A stretch of 53,709 nucleotides of DNA from Octopus bimaculoides (Eukaryota): contig NC_068983.1 in the NCBI RefSeq assembly GCF_001194135.2, forward strand, positions 125,452,822-125,506,530. Reading direction: 5' to 3'. Of the stretch, positions 25,634-39,153 are shown piece after piece. The translations under genes and the position numbers were made by a program. Under the pieces are notes generated by a model, which was given only the letters and a program-made list of their open reading frames with translations, did not search any database and was not told the DNA's origin. Each line of letters begins with the position of its first letter. Within the stretch, counting starts at the first letter, position 1.

Positions 25634-28075
25634 ACAGTGAATTAGTGTTGGTGGTCATTTTTATGAATTTAGAAATACGCATAGCTCATCAAAGAAAAGT
25701 TGCATTCGAACATCAATCAGTACAAACAATCTATAGAATCTTTTTATCACACTTACTCAATGAATCGACCGTTAGCATCAGTGTTGGAAGCCCTAACATA
25801 GCCAAATCATAGGATCTTTGTTAATGTTCGACATAGTATTCGTTATGACGGACTTGAAAGTTTACATGGTGTAATGGGATCGTTGAGTGACATGTCTATC
25901 GATTATGTTCCAAATGATATATCAGGCCATCCCATACGTTCTGTCCGAACTTTAAACAAAGAAAACCATTGATCAAATGTTGTATTTAATCATGAATGTA
26001 CCTTCCCTGATTATCTATGACTTCCTTGCATATATTTACAAGCTTTTTAATCCCATCAATGTAAAACTCTTTTGGTTTCAAATTAAAGAACTCTGAAATG
26101 TCAGTCTCGACCTCCTGGCTTGCGAAAGTTATGTCCCACATATGATTCTGTAAACTACGAAATAAATGGTAGTCTGAAGGAGCAGGGTCGTGAGAATAAG
26201 TGGATGAGGAATTTGTTCCCAACCAAGTTCTTCGATCTTCTGTGATGTGATCTTTGCTGTGTCACGCATTGTCCTGATGAGTCATCACTCCTCTTCGATT
26301 CACTAAAGCGAGTCTTTTGGTTCTTCAAAGCTTAATTCAAACGCTCTAATTTCTGACAGTAGACTTGAGCATTAAATGTTGTATTAGGTGGTAACACTTC
26401 AAAGTGAATTACTCCTTTGCAATGCCACCGTATAGAGAGAAGAATCTATTTCCCAAGAAGTTCCCTTCTCGGTTGTGGTTGAGCTTTTTCCCTTTTACCA
26501 AGCCACTGTTTACGACGTTTAACATTTCGATAGACGTTCCATTTTTCGTCACCAGTCACAATTCTATGCAACAAGAGTGAAATGAGTTCGCCAGAATGGA
26601 AAGAAGAGTAGATGTCAACTCGGGATTTGCGGTTACTTTCGGACAATTCATGAGGCACACATTTTCCAAGTTTAGGAACCTTTCCAAGTTGTTGAAGATG
26701 ACAATGAACAGTTGTATGGTTTGAACTAAATCTTATTGCCAGTTCTTCAACTAATAATGCAATATTTTCTTCAAGTAACGCCTCAAGGAGCTTATCATCA
26801 AACTGACGTCCTGTTCGATCTTCATCTTCAAGGCTGAAATCTTCACTTTTCAATTACGTAAAGCATCTTCTGCAAGTTCTTTCGTTCAAGCATTCTTTCC
26901 CGTAAACTGAGTATATGTTTCGAGTCGCTTCGGCTGCAGAGTTTCCTTTTTCTACTCATAATGCATTATGTGCCTCAAATGCTCTTTGAATACTTCCATG
27001 GTAGAAATGGTTTTGATCAAAGAAATCTTAATTCAATTATTCTGTAAAATAATATTTAACTAGTTTAAATGTACACAAATGCATAAAAATAATCTTTAAT
27101 TTATTAGACATTCTAAAACACTATTAAATTTCATTCAATTTTAAAAACGGTAAAATCGGACAGAACTTATGGGATGACCTGATAGTTTAGTCGTTTATTG
27201 AGGTCTCTTGAGCTCAGAAGTGATGTTTGGGAGAACATAATCAGAGGGATTTGCTCATGCACGCTTGGATTATCTTAAACTTATGAAAAGCTGCAGAGTC
27301 TTGTTGCAAGACATATTATCTACCGTTGTGCACTTTGTCTATCCAGAGCCTCATAAGTTTCTCCAGCAACTGTGTTGACAATGGTATTGACTCTTAAGCA
27401 CTGTGAAAAATGTGAGGAGGGATGACAACTTTCTTGTTACTGAAGACTCGGAATAATCACAGTCGCAGTTAACTTAGTATGCGTTACCGCTGGAAGCTAA
27501 TTCGAGTCGCTGTTTAACCATTTGTCGTTCTTACGGTTTACCAGTTTCTGATCGAAATTTTAACTTATCGGAGAAAAACAAAGCATTCCAGTTTCTCGAT
27601 GTTTTGAATTGTTGGGAAACGCTTTGCACGGATCGAATGATTCTCTCTTGTCACATCCGGCATAACCTGACCCGTTAGCATAACATACGACTTGTAGCGG
27701 TTGATCTCCTGCACAACCATTCTGATGGTTCATTCTAAAACCTTGAAGTTCTTTGCGATGGTTCTGATTGAATTATTGCTGGTTTTATCGAGTATAATTT
27801 TGGACTTTTCCCACAAAACTATGTGTTCTGATGGTATTAGGACTCTGTGCACGCATTTTACATTTCGTTGCTGATGTTGGCTCCCCGTCAACAGTTTTCC
27901 ACTCCTTTCGAACACTGACAACGAAGGATCGGGAAGCGAGCTATCACTGTATCATTACACTGCGCTTTTAATCCAACGATTACAGCGTGCCTTTTCATTT
28001 GCTGAGTCAACAAGACTTTCAACATTATTTATCTGAAAAGTTAGGTAAAAAAAAAAAAAATTTGAAGAAAATTTG
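25634..28075 (-). mobile_element. maT/DD37D-type Tc1-mariner transposon relic, split by a mariner insertion (pieces ~27185-28075 and 25634-25919)
   Basis: LLTQQMKRHAVIVGLKA, RYKSYVM, FFSDK (FSDEK motif), YVLQQDSAAFHK, RDLN..LNY | IWNIIDR...MSNINKD...GRFIE*. The protein continues across the inserted mariner. Confidence 0.75.
25922..27182 (-). mobile_element. Full-length, defective mariner (Mos1-like DD34D) with TIRs and TA target duplication
   Basis: 27-bp TIRs at 25922-25948 and 27156-27182 differ at 2 positions, with TA on both flanks. Motifs: MEVFKEHLRH start (~27000), KCVPHEL, IVTGDEKW, HQDNA and DPAPSDYHLFRSLQNH. Several stops and frameshifts are present. Confidence 0.95.
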
Positions 28076-29227
28076 TGCTCTTGAAAGAGTATGACCCCAA
28101 CCCCAAAATATCTACCCCCACACTCATTCCGCATCCTCACTTTTAATGTTCCCCTTATAATCCCGTATACAAATGAATGATACATTTAATGCTAAAAAGA
28201 TTTCACTTTCTCTTCTAAAGTTAAGGAATATATTCTACATGATGTCTATATGCATATTAATGTATGTAGGTATGCCTGTTGCACTATTCTGGAAGTCGCT
28301 TGTAATAATATATATTACATTTGTCACACTGTATTCAATGAACAACGGAAACTATACTTGTGGATATGTGGCGCCATTGCTTTTAGACGCTCGTGTTTAA
28401 AATAGTCATAGGTTAATTAAAATAATTGCATCTACAGTAATGTTTGATAATCTGCATTTCATATACTTCGATGTCATTTTCCTTTCTCTGATTCTCCATC
28501 TACGAGAGCGCGCACACACACGCGCGCGCGCATACTCATACGTATCTAAGCAACCAACATAAAATTGCACTATTTATCTTATCTCTATCATATGAAAAAT
28601 ATTTAAATAGGACGTATCAAAACTTATCAAAATGTTACTGGCTGACAGAAGCGCTAACAATATTTAAAAATGTGAATGAACATCAAAGCTTGGATATTTA
28701 GATGTTACCCCCTAGTGTAGGGTTACAGAATATTAGATATGAGATATCACCGTTGTTTTATGAATGCCCAAAATACAATTGTTATTGATAGAAGCACACC
28801 TAAAAAAAAAAGAGTAACAGTTTTACAGAACTTTGCTTGTAAAGTTCTAACTGTCCTGTAAACAATCTTTGATTTCAAAAGGCTATGTCAGTGAGAATTA
28901 GCACGGTATCGAACAGTGTGTTGGGACTAAGTGTCATGAAACCAAAGACGTTCCGTCAACTCTTTTATTTCCTTCTAGACATTCTAAATTACAATTTTCA
29001 CTACAGATCTTTGAAGCTTGATTCAATATTACTATTCAATTGAAAAAACAAAACAGAATATTCCCATAGCAGGAGTCACGTGGTGGTTATTCATGTTGCG
29101 GTCTCTTGCTGGAGGTAATATTAATATATTTAATAATAGGATCGCCACTCATCTCTCAATTTTTAAATAGTTTACACGATGTTATTAAGTAGGTTTTATT
29201 GTAACTTCATCCCCCAAATTTTTTTTC

Positions 29228-29394
29228 ACTTTGAATTATTTGAGCAATTCTTGATAGAGTCGTTATACTACTGGGTTTAAATGTATCAGATTTCGAATGA
29301 CCAACTACATTATAAATAATCGAATTAGATGACAAGTATTCTCCCACACACATGACATATAATAAAAAGATAAGTTATATTTTTTAGATATTGA
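29228..29394 (+). repeat. ~167-bp direct repeat; second copy at 30186-30351
   Basis: Both copies read ACTTTGAATTATT..AGCAATTCTTGATAGAG...AACTACATTATAAA.AATCGAATTAGATGACAA...CTCCCACACACATGA...TTTTTAGATATTGA, about 80% identical by eye. Confidence 0.9.
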
Positions 29395-29684
29395 ATATAA
29401 ATGTGAAATAGCGGGAGGTAGAATTACGGGCAAGTGGCCGAATTTTGGAGTAAATAGCAAACTTCTGGCAAAAAATTGGCACATATGCTTGTCGATGACT
29501 GGTCAGTTGTATCACAACCACATGCAAACAAACACTCAGAAAGTTTATAACATAAAAAACCTGGAAATGTACCGCAATACATTTGTCTAACGCTCTAATA
29601 GTTCTGTCTGCTAACAATTTCTTCGAGTATTTAGAAGGTAAGGATTTTTAGTGGAAGTTTTGCTCGATGCCATTGACTCGGACA

Positions 29685-29925
29685 CTTGAGCGGGATGTAC
29701 TACTCGACATGAAGAAAATTCTAATTGGGCCCCATCTGCAAGGTCATGCGCTGTTTATCTTGGCATGAGATCTCCATGTTGCGCATATATAGTTGCGATG
29801 CATGTGCCTGGTGTATCCTTATCAGACGGGTAGTCATGATGGGTATATTGGGTTTCGTATATTTTACCCCAGTGTCAAGTTGATGACATGCACTGTTCCC
29901 TGACTCAATGATAATAAGAACAATG
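29685..29925 (+). mobile_element. SINE-like family C, copy 2 (3' part, degenerate AAT tail)
   Basis: Homologous to the inverted 10855-10945 segment and ends in CTCAATGATAATAAGAACAATGAT. Confidence 0.6.
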
Positions 29926-29939
29926 ATTTCAAATTTTGG

Positions 29940-30065
29940 CACAAGGCCAGCAATATCAGGAGAGAGGATAAGCCGATTACATTGATCTTAGAACTCAAAT
30001 GGTACTTATTTTATCGACCCGGAAAGAATGAAATGCAAAGTTAACCACGACAGAATTTGAAAATG
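29940..30065 (-). mobile_element. SINE family A fragment
   Basis: GCACAAGGC...GGTACTTATTTTATCGACCCGGAAAGAATGAAATGCAAAGT matches the reverse complement of 42260-42365. Confidence 0.75.
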
Positions 30066-30104
30066 ATGATGATGATAATAATAATAGTAATAATAATAAT
30101 GATG

Positions 30105-30171
<67 letters not shown>

Positions 30172-30343
30172 TGACAGTAGATTTTACTTTGAATTATTAT
30201 AGCAATTCTTGATAGAGCCGTTATATCATTGGGCTTAAATATATAAGACGCCGAATGACTAACTACATTATAAAAAATCGAATTAGATGACAAATAATCT
30301 CCCACACACATGAGAGATAATAAAAAAGTAAGTTATGTTTTTA

Positions 30344-31386
30344 GATATTGACAGACTGAATGTACCAAGAAAAAGAGGGTAAGAGGATTGATTGGATGTG
30401 AACACAGCGTTAGAGGAGAAGAAAACAACATGGCATAGTATGTAAAGAAAAATGCCACAGATCCACTGTTATTGGAAGTAAGAAGGTCGGTCTTGTGTGG
30501 GATGGAAGATTGCAAAGATAAAGCACTGTGCAAGTACTTGAAAATAGGTGGCTAAAGAAAAGAATGCATGGAAAATATCATAGGGCTGTTGAAGATAAGA
30601 CAGACAGAGACAAAAATGGCTATGAATGACTGAAAAGGATTTAAAGCTGGAAACGGAGGCTCTAATCTGTGCTGACCAAGAGTAAGCACTGAGAACGAAT
30701 TACATCAAATAGAGAATAGACAACAGAAAGTGATAAGTGCAGAATTTGTGGACAAGTTGGTGAAACTGTATGGCATATTAGCAGTCAATGTACGCCACTA
30801 GCCCAGAAAGAATATAAGAGACGTCATAACAATATAGCAGGAATTGTCCATTGGACACTTTGCAACAACTATGCACTTGACAGAGCAAAAAATTGGTACG
30901 AGTATAAACCCGAAGTCATCATCGAAAATGATAATGCAAAGATTTTGTGGGATTCTATGAATCAGTACGACCATGATACAGAGAACAGGAAGCCAGTTAT
31001 AGGGTTAGTTGAGACAAAAAGCAAACGATGCTGGATCAAATATATAGCATGTCCAGCTGACAAGTCATGCCATAAGGAAGAAGGAAAACTCGATAGATAT
31101 GACAGCTTAGCATGGGATGTTAAGCATCAGTGGCCGATGTTGAAGGTGGTAGTAGTACCAATAATTGTCGGAGCCCTGGGAGCAGTGATTAAAAATCCTG
31201 AGAAGTACATGGAACAAATAAGGGCTGCAATAATGTTGGAGAACTTGCAGAAAACAGCACTGCATGGAACTGCTCGAATGCTCCGGGTGGTGCTCGAAAA
31301 TTAACGGGTGTTACCTTAGTTCACTTGGTATTGAACAGCTGGCACCGTAGTATATCTCCAGCAAAAGAAACTGTACAACAACAATA

Positions 31387-31458
<72 letters not shown>

Positions 31459-31465
31459 TATAATA
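30344..31465 (+). mobile_element. 5'-truncated R4/Dong-like RLE LINE with (TAA)n tail
   Basis: DIDRL, ETEALICA, CCHC knuckle KCRICGQVGETVWHISSQC, YKRRHNNIA, RKP...CWI..IACPAD, VVVVPIIVGALG and LQKTALHGTARMLR. The stop is at 31304, followed by a short 3' UTR and (AAT)n at ~31388-31465. Confidence 0.92.
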
Positions 31466-33169
31466 ATACGTTGTTACCAACAAGATCCGATGTACCTCAA
31501 TAAATAGGAAATTAAATGCCTTTGGGAATGGATTTAGACAAAAGTATACCAAAATGGGTTACACAGACGATACACAATGAGGGCATTAACACATAATAAG
31601 AATTACAGAAAAAATAACATGTTGAGTATAATTACCAATAATTGCAGAAAAAAAATAATAAAGCAACAAAAGCACAACGTTTGTAATTCACTCAAAATCT
31701 CATAACTCCACAAATTTCTTCTCTTGTCGTTTAATCTATCTCAATTGTAGTTGAGTACTTGTTACATGAATGTAAGCATCTTCACATTGTCTTTCTCAAA
31801 ATATTGGCGTGGCTTCAGACAACAATGCATCTTTAGCTATCTTTTCTATGTCGACCCTAAGCCTTCCAACCCATGCAAAATCAGTTCATCTCCATTGCTT
31901 TTTATAGAAACTCAGCTACATCCTGAAGGAGATGTTACTCAATTTTAAGGCTATCACGTAGATGTCATCCAGTAGAGAGAATTCCTCCCTATGTGCATTA
32001 TTTCTTTCGTTTTTTGCTCTCGTTCTTCGACCGAATTGTTTTCTTCCATTTTACTTACTTCTAGAGTGACTTGGCACATATTACCAGCTCACATTTTATC
32101 GTAATTGTCGCAAGGATACTGAGTGGTACTACTAGTTGTAAACTGAAATAGACGATACTTCTATATCGGCTACTTCAGGATCTGAGATCAAAGCGAGTCC
32201 TTAGCCATTTCTAGGCATACAGTTGTATGTTGTGTTAGAACATTTGGTTTTGATTGGTGTTGATCCTGTTCACAGCCTTCTAACACGTCCCAGATCCTAA
32301 GTATACCTATCCCTCAAATTTGTTTCTCTCCGACACGATTAATAGCCAGGAAAATAGGACGGCCGAACTTGTATTTGTTTGTAATGAAAACCACGATTAA
32401 TTTTCATTTAAAACTAGTGATTATTTTCCAATAGTTTTGCCCATGATTTGTGTGGAGTTGTAAAGGCCTTAGCTTTATATGTGCGTTTGTCTTTGGATGG
32501 GGTGTTTCTCCACAGCGGCAAAGTACATAAAACCATGCTTAGTCTAAGTTGCCTGAACCCCGATAGGCTAGAAACTGTCCATTAAAACAACGACAACGAA
32601 GTGCCATTAATTCGTAGAAAGAAAAGTACATTACATTCTCGGCTTGAGAACTACGGTGTGCCAGCCTTCTCATAACTCACCTCTAGTGAATGTCTAGGAG
32701 AAAAAAAGGAACGAGTCGCTCATGATATATCTTTGAGTGGAACTCGACTTTTTCTTATTCGTAAAGTCGTTATGTTCTGATTGTCATCGTTATAGTCTCA
32801 TTTATAATAGTCTCATTTATAATAAAAACAAAAAAAAAAAACAGCAGCAATTTTTTAAAATGTTTTCATTTTAAGATATTCTTGTGAATTTCTATTTGAT
32901 TTTAATTGTGTTTCTCTGCAATTAACACGGTTTTTGCTCTTGATTGAGTGGCTGTGATCTTGTACAGAGATTTTTGTCAAACTTCTGTGCCAAACATCAG
33001 CTAATAAAAATTGTTGACAATATTTTTTCTTACGCCTAATTAGAGCAAAAGATAATATGTCAAGAAAATTAAAAATAAACACTCATGGCTCTGACTCATC
33101 ATGAATGAAATAACAGAGAAATCGTCCAGTACTAGAAATGTCTAAACAACCAAAATAGATCATTGTGAA

Positions 33170-33218
<49 letters not shown>

Positions 33219-33259
33219 TGATGGTAATAATAATAATGATAATAATAATAATAATAATG

Positions 33260-33312
<53 letters not shown>

Positions 33313-33313
<1 letters not shown>

Positions 33314-33850
33314 GGTCACGTTGCTGTCGGTTGATCGGTTCTTCACCCTACAGAATAAGAAACCAGGCATGATCGAGTTGGTCAATACTTGCACTGGAAC
33401 ATATGCCGTCAATATGATATCCCACACATTAAGCACTGGTATGAATACCATCCAGAGCTTGTCACTAAGGGAGAGAATGTTACAATCTAATGGAATTATA
33501 GGATACATAAATACAGGCAAATAAATCATAACAGACCAGACATCGTCATCAATGTCCTAAAACAACAAACATGTCTGTTAATTGATATTACAGTGCCTAC
33601 TGATACAAACATTTCAGCAAAAGAGCTATCGAAATACAAGTACCTTAAGATTGAGTTATCTAGGGCGTGGAAATTAATAGCCAAAACTATTTCGGTTCCT
33701 ATAGGTGTTCTGGAAATGATCAAGAAAAGTTGTGACAAATTTTTTGACAACATCCCTGAGAAACCAACTATCTATGAGACTCCCAAAAATGTATTGAATT
33801 CAACCGTTCGGGCATTTCACAAGAGCACGACCGCGTATTATTCGCAATGA
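33313..33850 (+). mobile_element. R4/Dong-like RLE LINE fragment directly abutting a (TAA)n array
   Basis: RHDRVGQYLHWNICRQYDIP..HWYEYHPE, HNRPDIVI, CLLIDITVPTDTNISAKE and SKYK.LKIE, with frameshifts. (TAA)n at ~33170-33312 lies immediately 5'. Confidence 0.88.
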
Positions 33851-34019
33851 GCAAACGTAAATTTGGCAAATGTGCGAATCGTGTAGATAACTACGTAATG
33901 TAACCCGAACTAGTCTAGTATTTACATTTAAAGCTCATAAGGAGCTCATAAGGATGCTTCCCACGGGCAATCAACAATCACTTCTCGTATCTCCTAATTT
34001 ATTATTATCCGCTGCTTAT

Positions 34020-36110
34020 TTATCAGAACCGGGTCCAAATGTTGACCGAGGTAGTAAAGTCCAGCGCCGTCTCTGATTTGAGTGAAGAGCCACTGAAGAG
34101 CCGCACGCACGTTTTTTGATTCGTATAGTACAGGTGCAATTCGATTCGTCAATTATCAAATTTTGCCTTTGTTGCCATGTTATGATATTGCGATCCCTTT
34201 GTGCGGACCCATCGAATGAGATTTGTTCCGTCATACATTAGGGTACGCGTTTTAGCCCTGACAAGGCTTGACGTTGATGCTTGGCGTTGAACATTTGGTC
34301 ACAGGCCAATCCAACTGTGTGCACACTAATCGTAATGCCTCTACCAAGCGCAGCTTCTACGTTACTAATTAGTAATTAGCTATCCCTCTACTGTAGAAAT
34401 CTGAAACACTATCTCCTTTATTAAAACTTATCGATTCTAATCATATCGCCCCTTTCAGGGCTAACCTCTCTCGGTTGATGATCATTGCTCCCGTTAACTT
34501 CGTATTCTAATCAAATCTGCAAACTTAGCGTTTCGAGTAAGATGCGTTCCATCTGCATAAATTGCAGCCTTGTCTATGCAGCGTATCGACGTTGAGCGCA
34601 CAAACCACTAATTTGTATTCAGTGTAGTCGAGAATTTGAATTGTGGATTATTCCTATTTCCTGAGCTGATAGCATGCACACATTGACTTTTCCATGTTAT
34701 TAGTTTCAAAAAAGCAACCGGTACTTTTCAGCACGTTTTCGAGGCTTCTACACACACTCTCTTATCAGATAAGTTACACAATCCAGGTATGCATCCGAGA
34801 TAGCTTTCCAATCGCCCAGTCACTTTGACGCTCACTGGAAAACTTCCAGACGTCTGAAAGAATCTGGCTTCTCCATCAGTCAGTGAATGTACAGCGACAA
34901 CTCTGAAGGTGCAACCTTCACTACGTTCACGTTTAGGGTCATTAACTTACCTTCGGGGTCCAGGAAGATTGGACGTATTTCGAAAAACCCAGGCATTTCC
35001 TAAACAATGTCACCATTCCGCTCCACCATTCTGGACTGGGAAAAGGTGCGAAGATTTCGAAAATCAGCAGAAATAGGTGTAAGGCATGTTAGTTTCAAAT
35101 CCTGGTCTTATCAATGACTACAACGCACAAATCTAGTGATATTTGGTCATCGAGCAGTTCTACCTGACTCTAGGTCCTCGGCATTTATACATATGTCTCA
35201 AAGCTGTCATGTTGTTTGAAAAGGAGCAGGAGAATAAAAAGTACGAGGGACGCATTTGATGTTCCTCCTGACCACGTGAGTAACTCGGTTTCCATGAAAT
35301 TTTGGTATTTCTTAGTAAAGATCAATGTGGGCGCCTTATGCCGTGCCTTGTGGTTCTATTCGTACGCGAAATGATATCAGTTTTCTGTTTTAACGCCCCA
35401 TCAGCACAACGTTTGAGGTATGATGTTTGATACAGGGTTTGTGTTTCTCTGTTGGAAATGTTCATGTGTATTGTCTCTTTTGATGTTGTAGAACTTGGCG
35501 AAGGTGGTGTCCGTGTTATTGTGAAATTATCTCCTGCGTGATGGTTCGGTTTCGATGATGCAGTGTTTATTGTGAACGAGACTTTTTTTAATATGTCCTC
35601 GTGTGATTATATATTTGATTTTTTTCGTTGAACCTCCTCCTCGTTAGTTAAGGTTTCCATATCAGAATGATCCCATGCGGGTGTAGATGATGTAATGCGT
35701 TCGCGTTTGTCCATATGTGTACGAGTGTTTAAAAATGGACGGTTTGGAGGACAGGAAGAGTAATACAGTGTATGTAAGGCTGGAAATTTTGGTGGGAGGA
35801 GGGTTTTGATCTTGTCGGATTTTGTGCTATTATTGGTGATGCTGGTTTACTGTCAGATACTGCTGCTGCAGTAGTTTTTTGGCAGCTGAATCTGTATTCG
35901 TTTGTGTTACTGAGGTTGCTATTGCTTCAGTTGTTGGATCTGGAGATCTTTCTCTTGCTGTGTTCACTAAGGCTGTTGCCGGTGTTACTGATGTATGCTG
36001 ATGTTGTTGTTTGGGGCTGTGATGTCGTCAATAATGGAGTTCTTCGTTTCCCTTCTCTGTTTTGGTTGCGAAAGCAGAGAGCATTGATATGGTCCATATT
36101 TCTACAGACG
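34020..36110. other. Unassigned decayed coding-like block, probably TE-derived
   Basis: About 2 kb without microsatellites and visibly more GC-rich than its flanks, with long mirror frames interrupted by scattered stops. The minus strand of 35240-36050 gives T/S/Q-rich low-complexity sequence reminiscent of a LINE ORF1. No catalytic motif was recognised. Confidence 0.35.
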
Positions 36111-39066
36111 TGGCATCACGTTTGTCTTCCCAATAAAGTTACACTTTGCTCTGTCTCATCCAGAGACACGCACACATACGCATACGTACATTGAAGACTA
36201 AAGAGGATATATGAAATGCAAAAACATGGAAAATAAAACAACCACGAGAAGAAGGGCATGACGACTTCAAACCGATAAAAGTGAAACATTTATTGAGTAA
36301 AGAAAGAAAATGCGTCACCATATTCACAATTCAGTTTAAAGCAATTCCAACCTACACCAAAATATACCTCAGATTATAAGATAGTTATAAATACCGAACG
36401 TAAAATTATAGTGCGCCTTCTTCTGAGTGACAGAGAAGTGAAGGAGTCTGTAGTTAATATGGCTAGGCGAATTCCATACTAGTGATAATTTATAAATGAC
36501 ACATATTCAAAATGATAGACAAAGTAGTTGTTAATTAGTGTCACTATACTCTCAATGAGATATCAACAAGGAAAAATATAGGATGATGTTTGGCTGTGTT
36601 GGACATGTTGGTGTCATTGAAACGCTTTAACATGCTACCTTAAATCTGTATAGATACACACCCACAGAGAAAGGAAGAGAGAAAGAAAGAGGTGGGATGA
36701 TGGTGGTGGAGGTAGAGATTTTGACTCACAGGGAGAAATTGACGAGCAGAGAATGGTGAAATATGGTGACATTTTGGCGAGTGAGAAGGGATAAGGACAA
36801 GCTGGTGGCGCGGTTAGTTTGAAGCGACTTGAGGTACTTGCGCGTATGGAAATTACTTGTAAGTAGGGGTAGATGTATTTTGAGTATTACAAGAGATTTA
36901 GTTGTATTCTGTATGAATTTCGATTCACAACGGAGAGGAAATATAGAGGCATTCGAATTGGGATTCCTTACAAAAATTTATGGTTTACAAAGGGAATAGG
37001 TAAAATGGTAGTGATTCTCATAACCAAAGTCCGTTCCAACGGACAAATTCACATTGAGAGACAGAGGAATTCGGCTTGTATGATTCAGTGTTGCAACATA
37101 CACAATGTTGCTTCAACATAATTTGCGAAGCAAGGTGAGAAGCATTTATTTCGTTGTGCCACGTAAAATAATTTCAAATGCCGAGAGTTTGGTTGATTTG
37201 TTACAACACGCCTGTGAGCTAGCTTCGAAGATGACTTGGACATAATAATATTTGTTTTAGTTTGCGATGTGGAGAGTTAGCCTATTATATTTGTTCAGTC
37301 ATTGATAATTTAGCGCATGGTATACCAATAATTACAAAATAATCAGATTCGCACCGATTTCTCATCTGACCTTCCTTGTCAGAGTCGAAGTCACTTTTCA
37401 TCTGCTTTTGAAGGAAAAAAATATTCTCACAACTACTCCACTCAGCTAACTGTTCTACGAGCTCAACGAAATGGGAAAGTGGTTGGAATATCTGAAGAAA
37501 TATCTTACAGTATGTATTCTCGTTTATTGAGTTCCCAGTTCAAACCCCACCGTATGCAAATTTGCATTTTATCCTTCTGTCATTGTGAATAAAAAAAATC
37601 TGTCTGGTGTTTGAACTGGTAGAAATATCAGTGGCTTATTTTAACACCAATAGCTGTGCCCTGTTTGCTTTTAACATGTTTCAATCTGTTACAAGAATTG
37701 GGGCTGTGTCTCCGGTTTGATAATATAGTATTGCTCTATTCCGAACTGTCTCTATAGTCCTGAAAGGTGTGATGAGCATTAATGCTCCATCGTGGCTGAA
37801 AGACAAGACAAACGCTAAGACAAATTCAATGAAACATAATCATAAATCACATCAATGTGGCAGAATTCGTGGAGTTGTGAACTGAGACCTTGCAGTGTTG
37901 TGTTGCCTAACTAAACCTTCTGAATTCAAATCAAGTGATAGAAATTGATTTCAGTAAAATATGCTGATTGCTGGACTCGAACTCTCCAACTGCAACTTAA
38001 AGTACTCTAATTGTAAAATGACTACTAATAGACACATATTAATTATTATTGTACTTTTATAGCTTGTTGTGTTCATTGTTATCCCCAGACCTGTTACACT
38101 CAACATATCCTTATTCATGTGGGTTTTCATTACTACTTTGAACATGACCTTACATCCTTCCATAGAGAAATGTTAGTTTAATATATTTATGTGTTCTGAA
38201 TTTGTTTGTGAGTCTTGCCATGTTCATGAGAATACTTTTCAGGGAAAACATTTCAGACAATATTTAAAGAAGGAAAAAAATATCTCTAGTAATTCGATCA
38301 TCGTGAATGTAAAGCAAATGAAAACCTTTTCATCGGTACCTAAATACCTTTGCAGGTACAAATATAAATATATGGAAATTAAACAATAAAAAATTGCTGA
38401 ATAAGACATGTCGTTATAACAAAACATGAGATGCATAGTTTATTATATCTTATATTTACATTTCAATCTTTGGATACCATTATTTTCTTTCTACATTGTC
38501 TGTAGTTGCGTGTATTTCTGTATAGTTTTTGTGTAATGTGATTTTGTACCACACACGTAGAGGTAAATATGTTACTAACAACAGAAGTTCTTACTTCCTA
38601 ATCATTCGGTCGACATTATGTTTTTGGAATATTCGTTGAAAGTCGAATATTCTCATTTACATTCAGTATATTGAATCACTTTAAACAAATCCTATTTTTA
38701 CCGACACCGATAAAAATATATGATATAAGTGAAACTCCGACGGTGACAATGTCAACATTTCAGAATCTACGATAAATCTGTCTACATAGCGTATTGCATT
38801 TATTCTGGATGACCAGAGAGTAAACTCAATATCGACTCAGACAATTAAATAGCCTTTATATTTTGATATCCTGTCATAAAAGAAATCTATATGATATTTG
38901 ACAAAACGACAATTTGTAGAAGAATTTGATATTAAGGAGCGGCCGAGTACCTACTGTTACTTGTCTTCATATAATATCCTATCAGAAACAGAGTCACATA
39001 CATATGCATAACTGCGTATAATTTTATGCAAACATTTCGTGACTTGCGTTTAAACGTATTCACACG

Positions 39067-39068
<2 letters not shown>

Positions 39069-39151
<83 letters not shown>
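39069..39151. repeat. (CA)n microsatellite; representative of many arrays, e.g. (TA)n 84-190, (AGAT)n 5581-5618 and 9595-9660, (TCTA)n 10611-10690, (TG)n 22955-23043, (AAT)n 30073-30170
   Basis: Read directly from the sequence. Confidence 0.98.

Positions 39152-39153
<2 letters not shown>

Noticed and set aside
26274-26290. CTGATGAG hammerhead core
   Set aside because: It is the reverse complement of the mariner HQDNA codons, with no stem II or GAAA.
36730-37121. Possible decayed LINE RT or exon (KVRSNGQ; GTAAGT donor at ~36859)
   Set aside because: There is an in-frame stop and only vague motif similarity, too weak to call.
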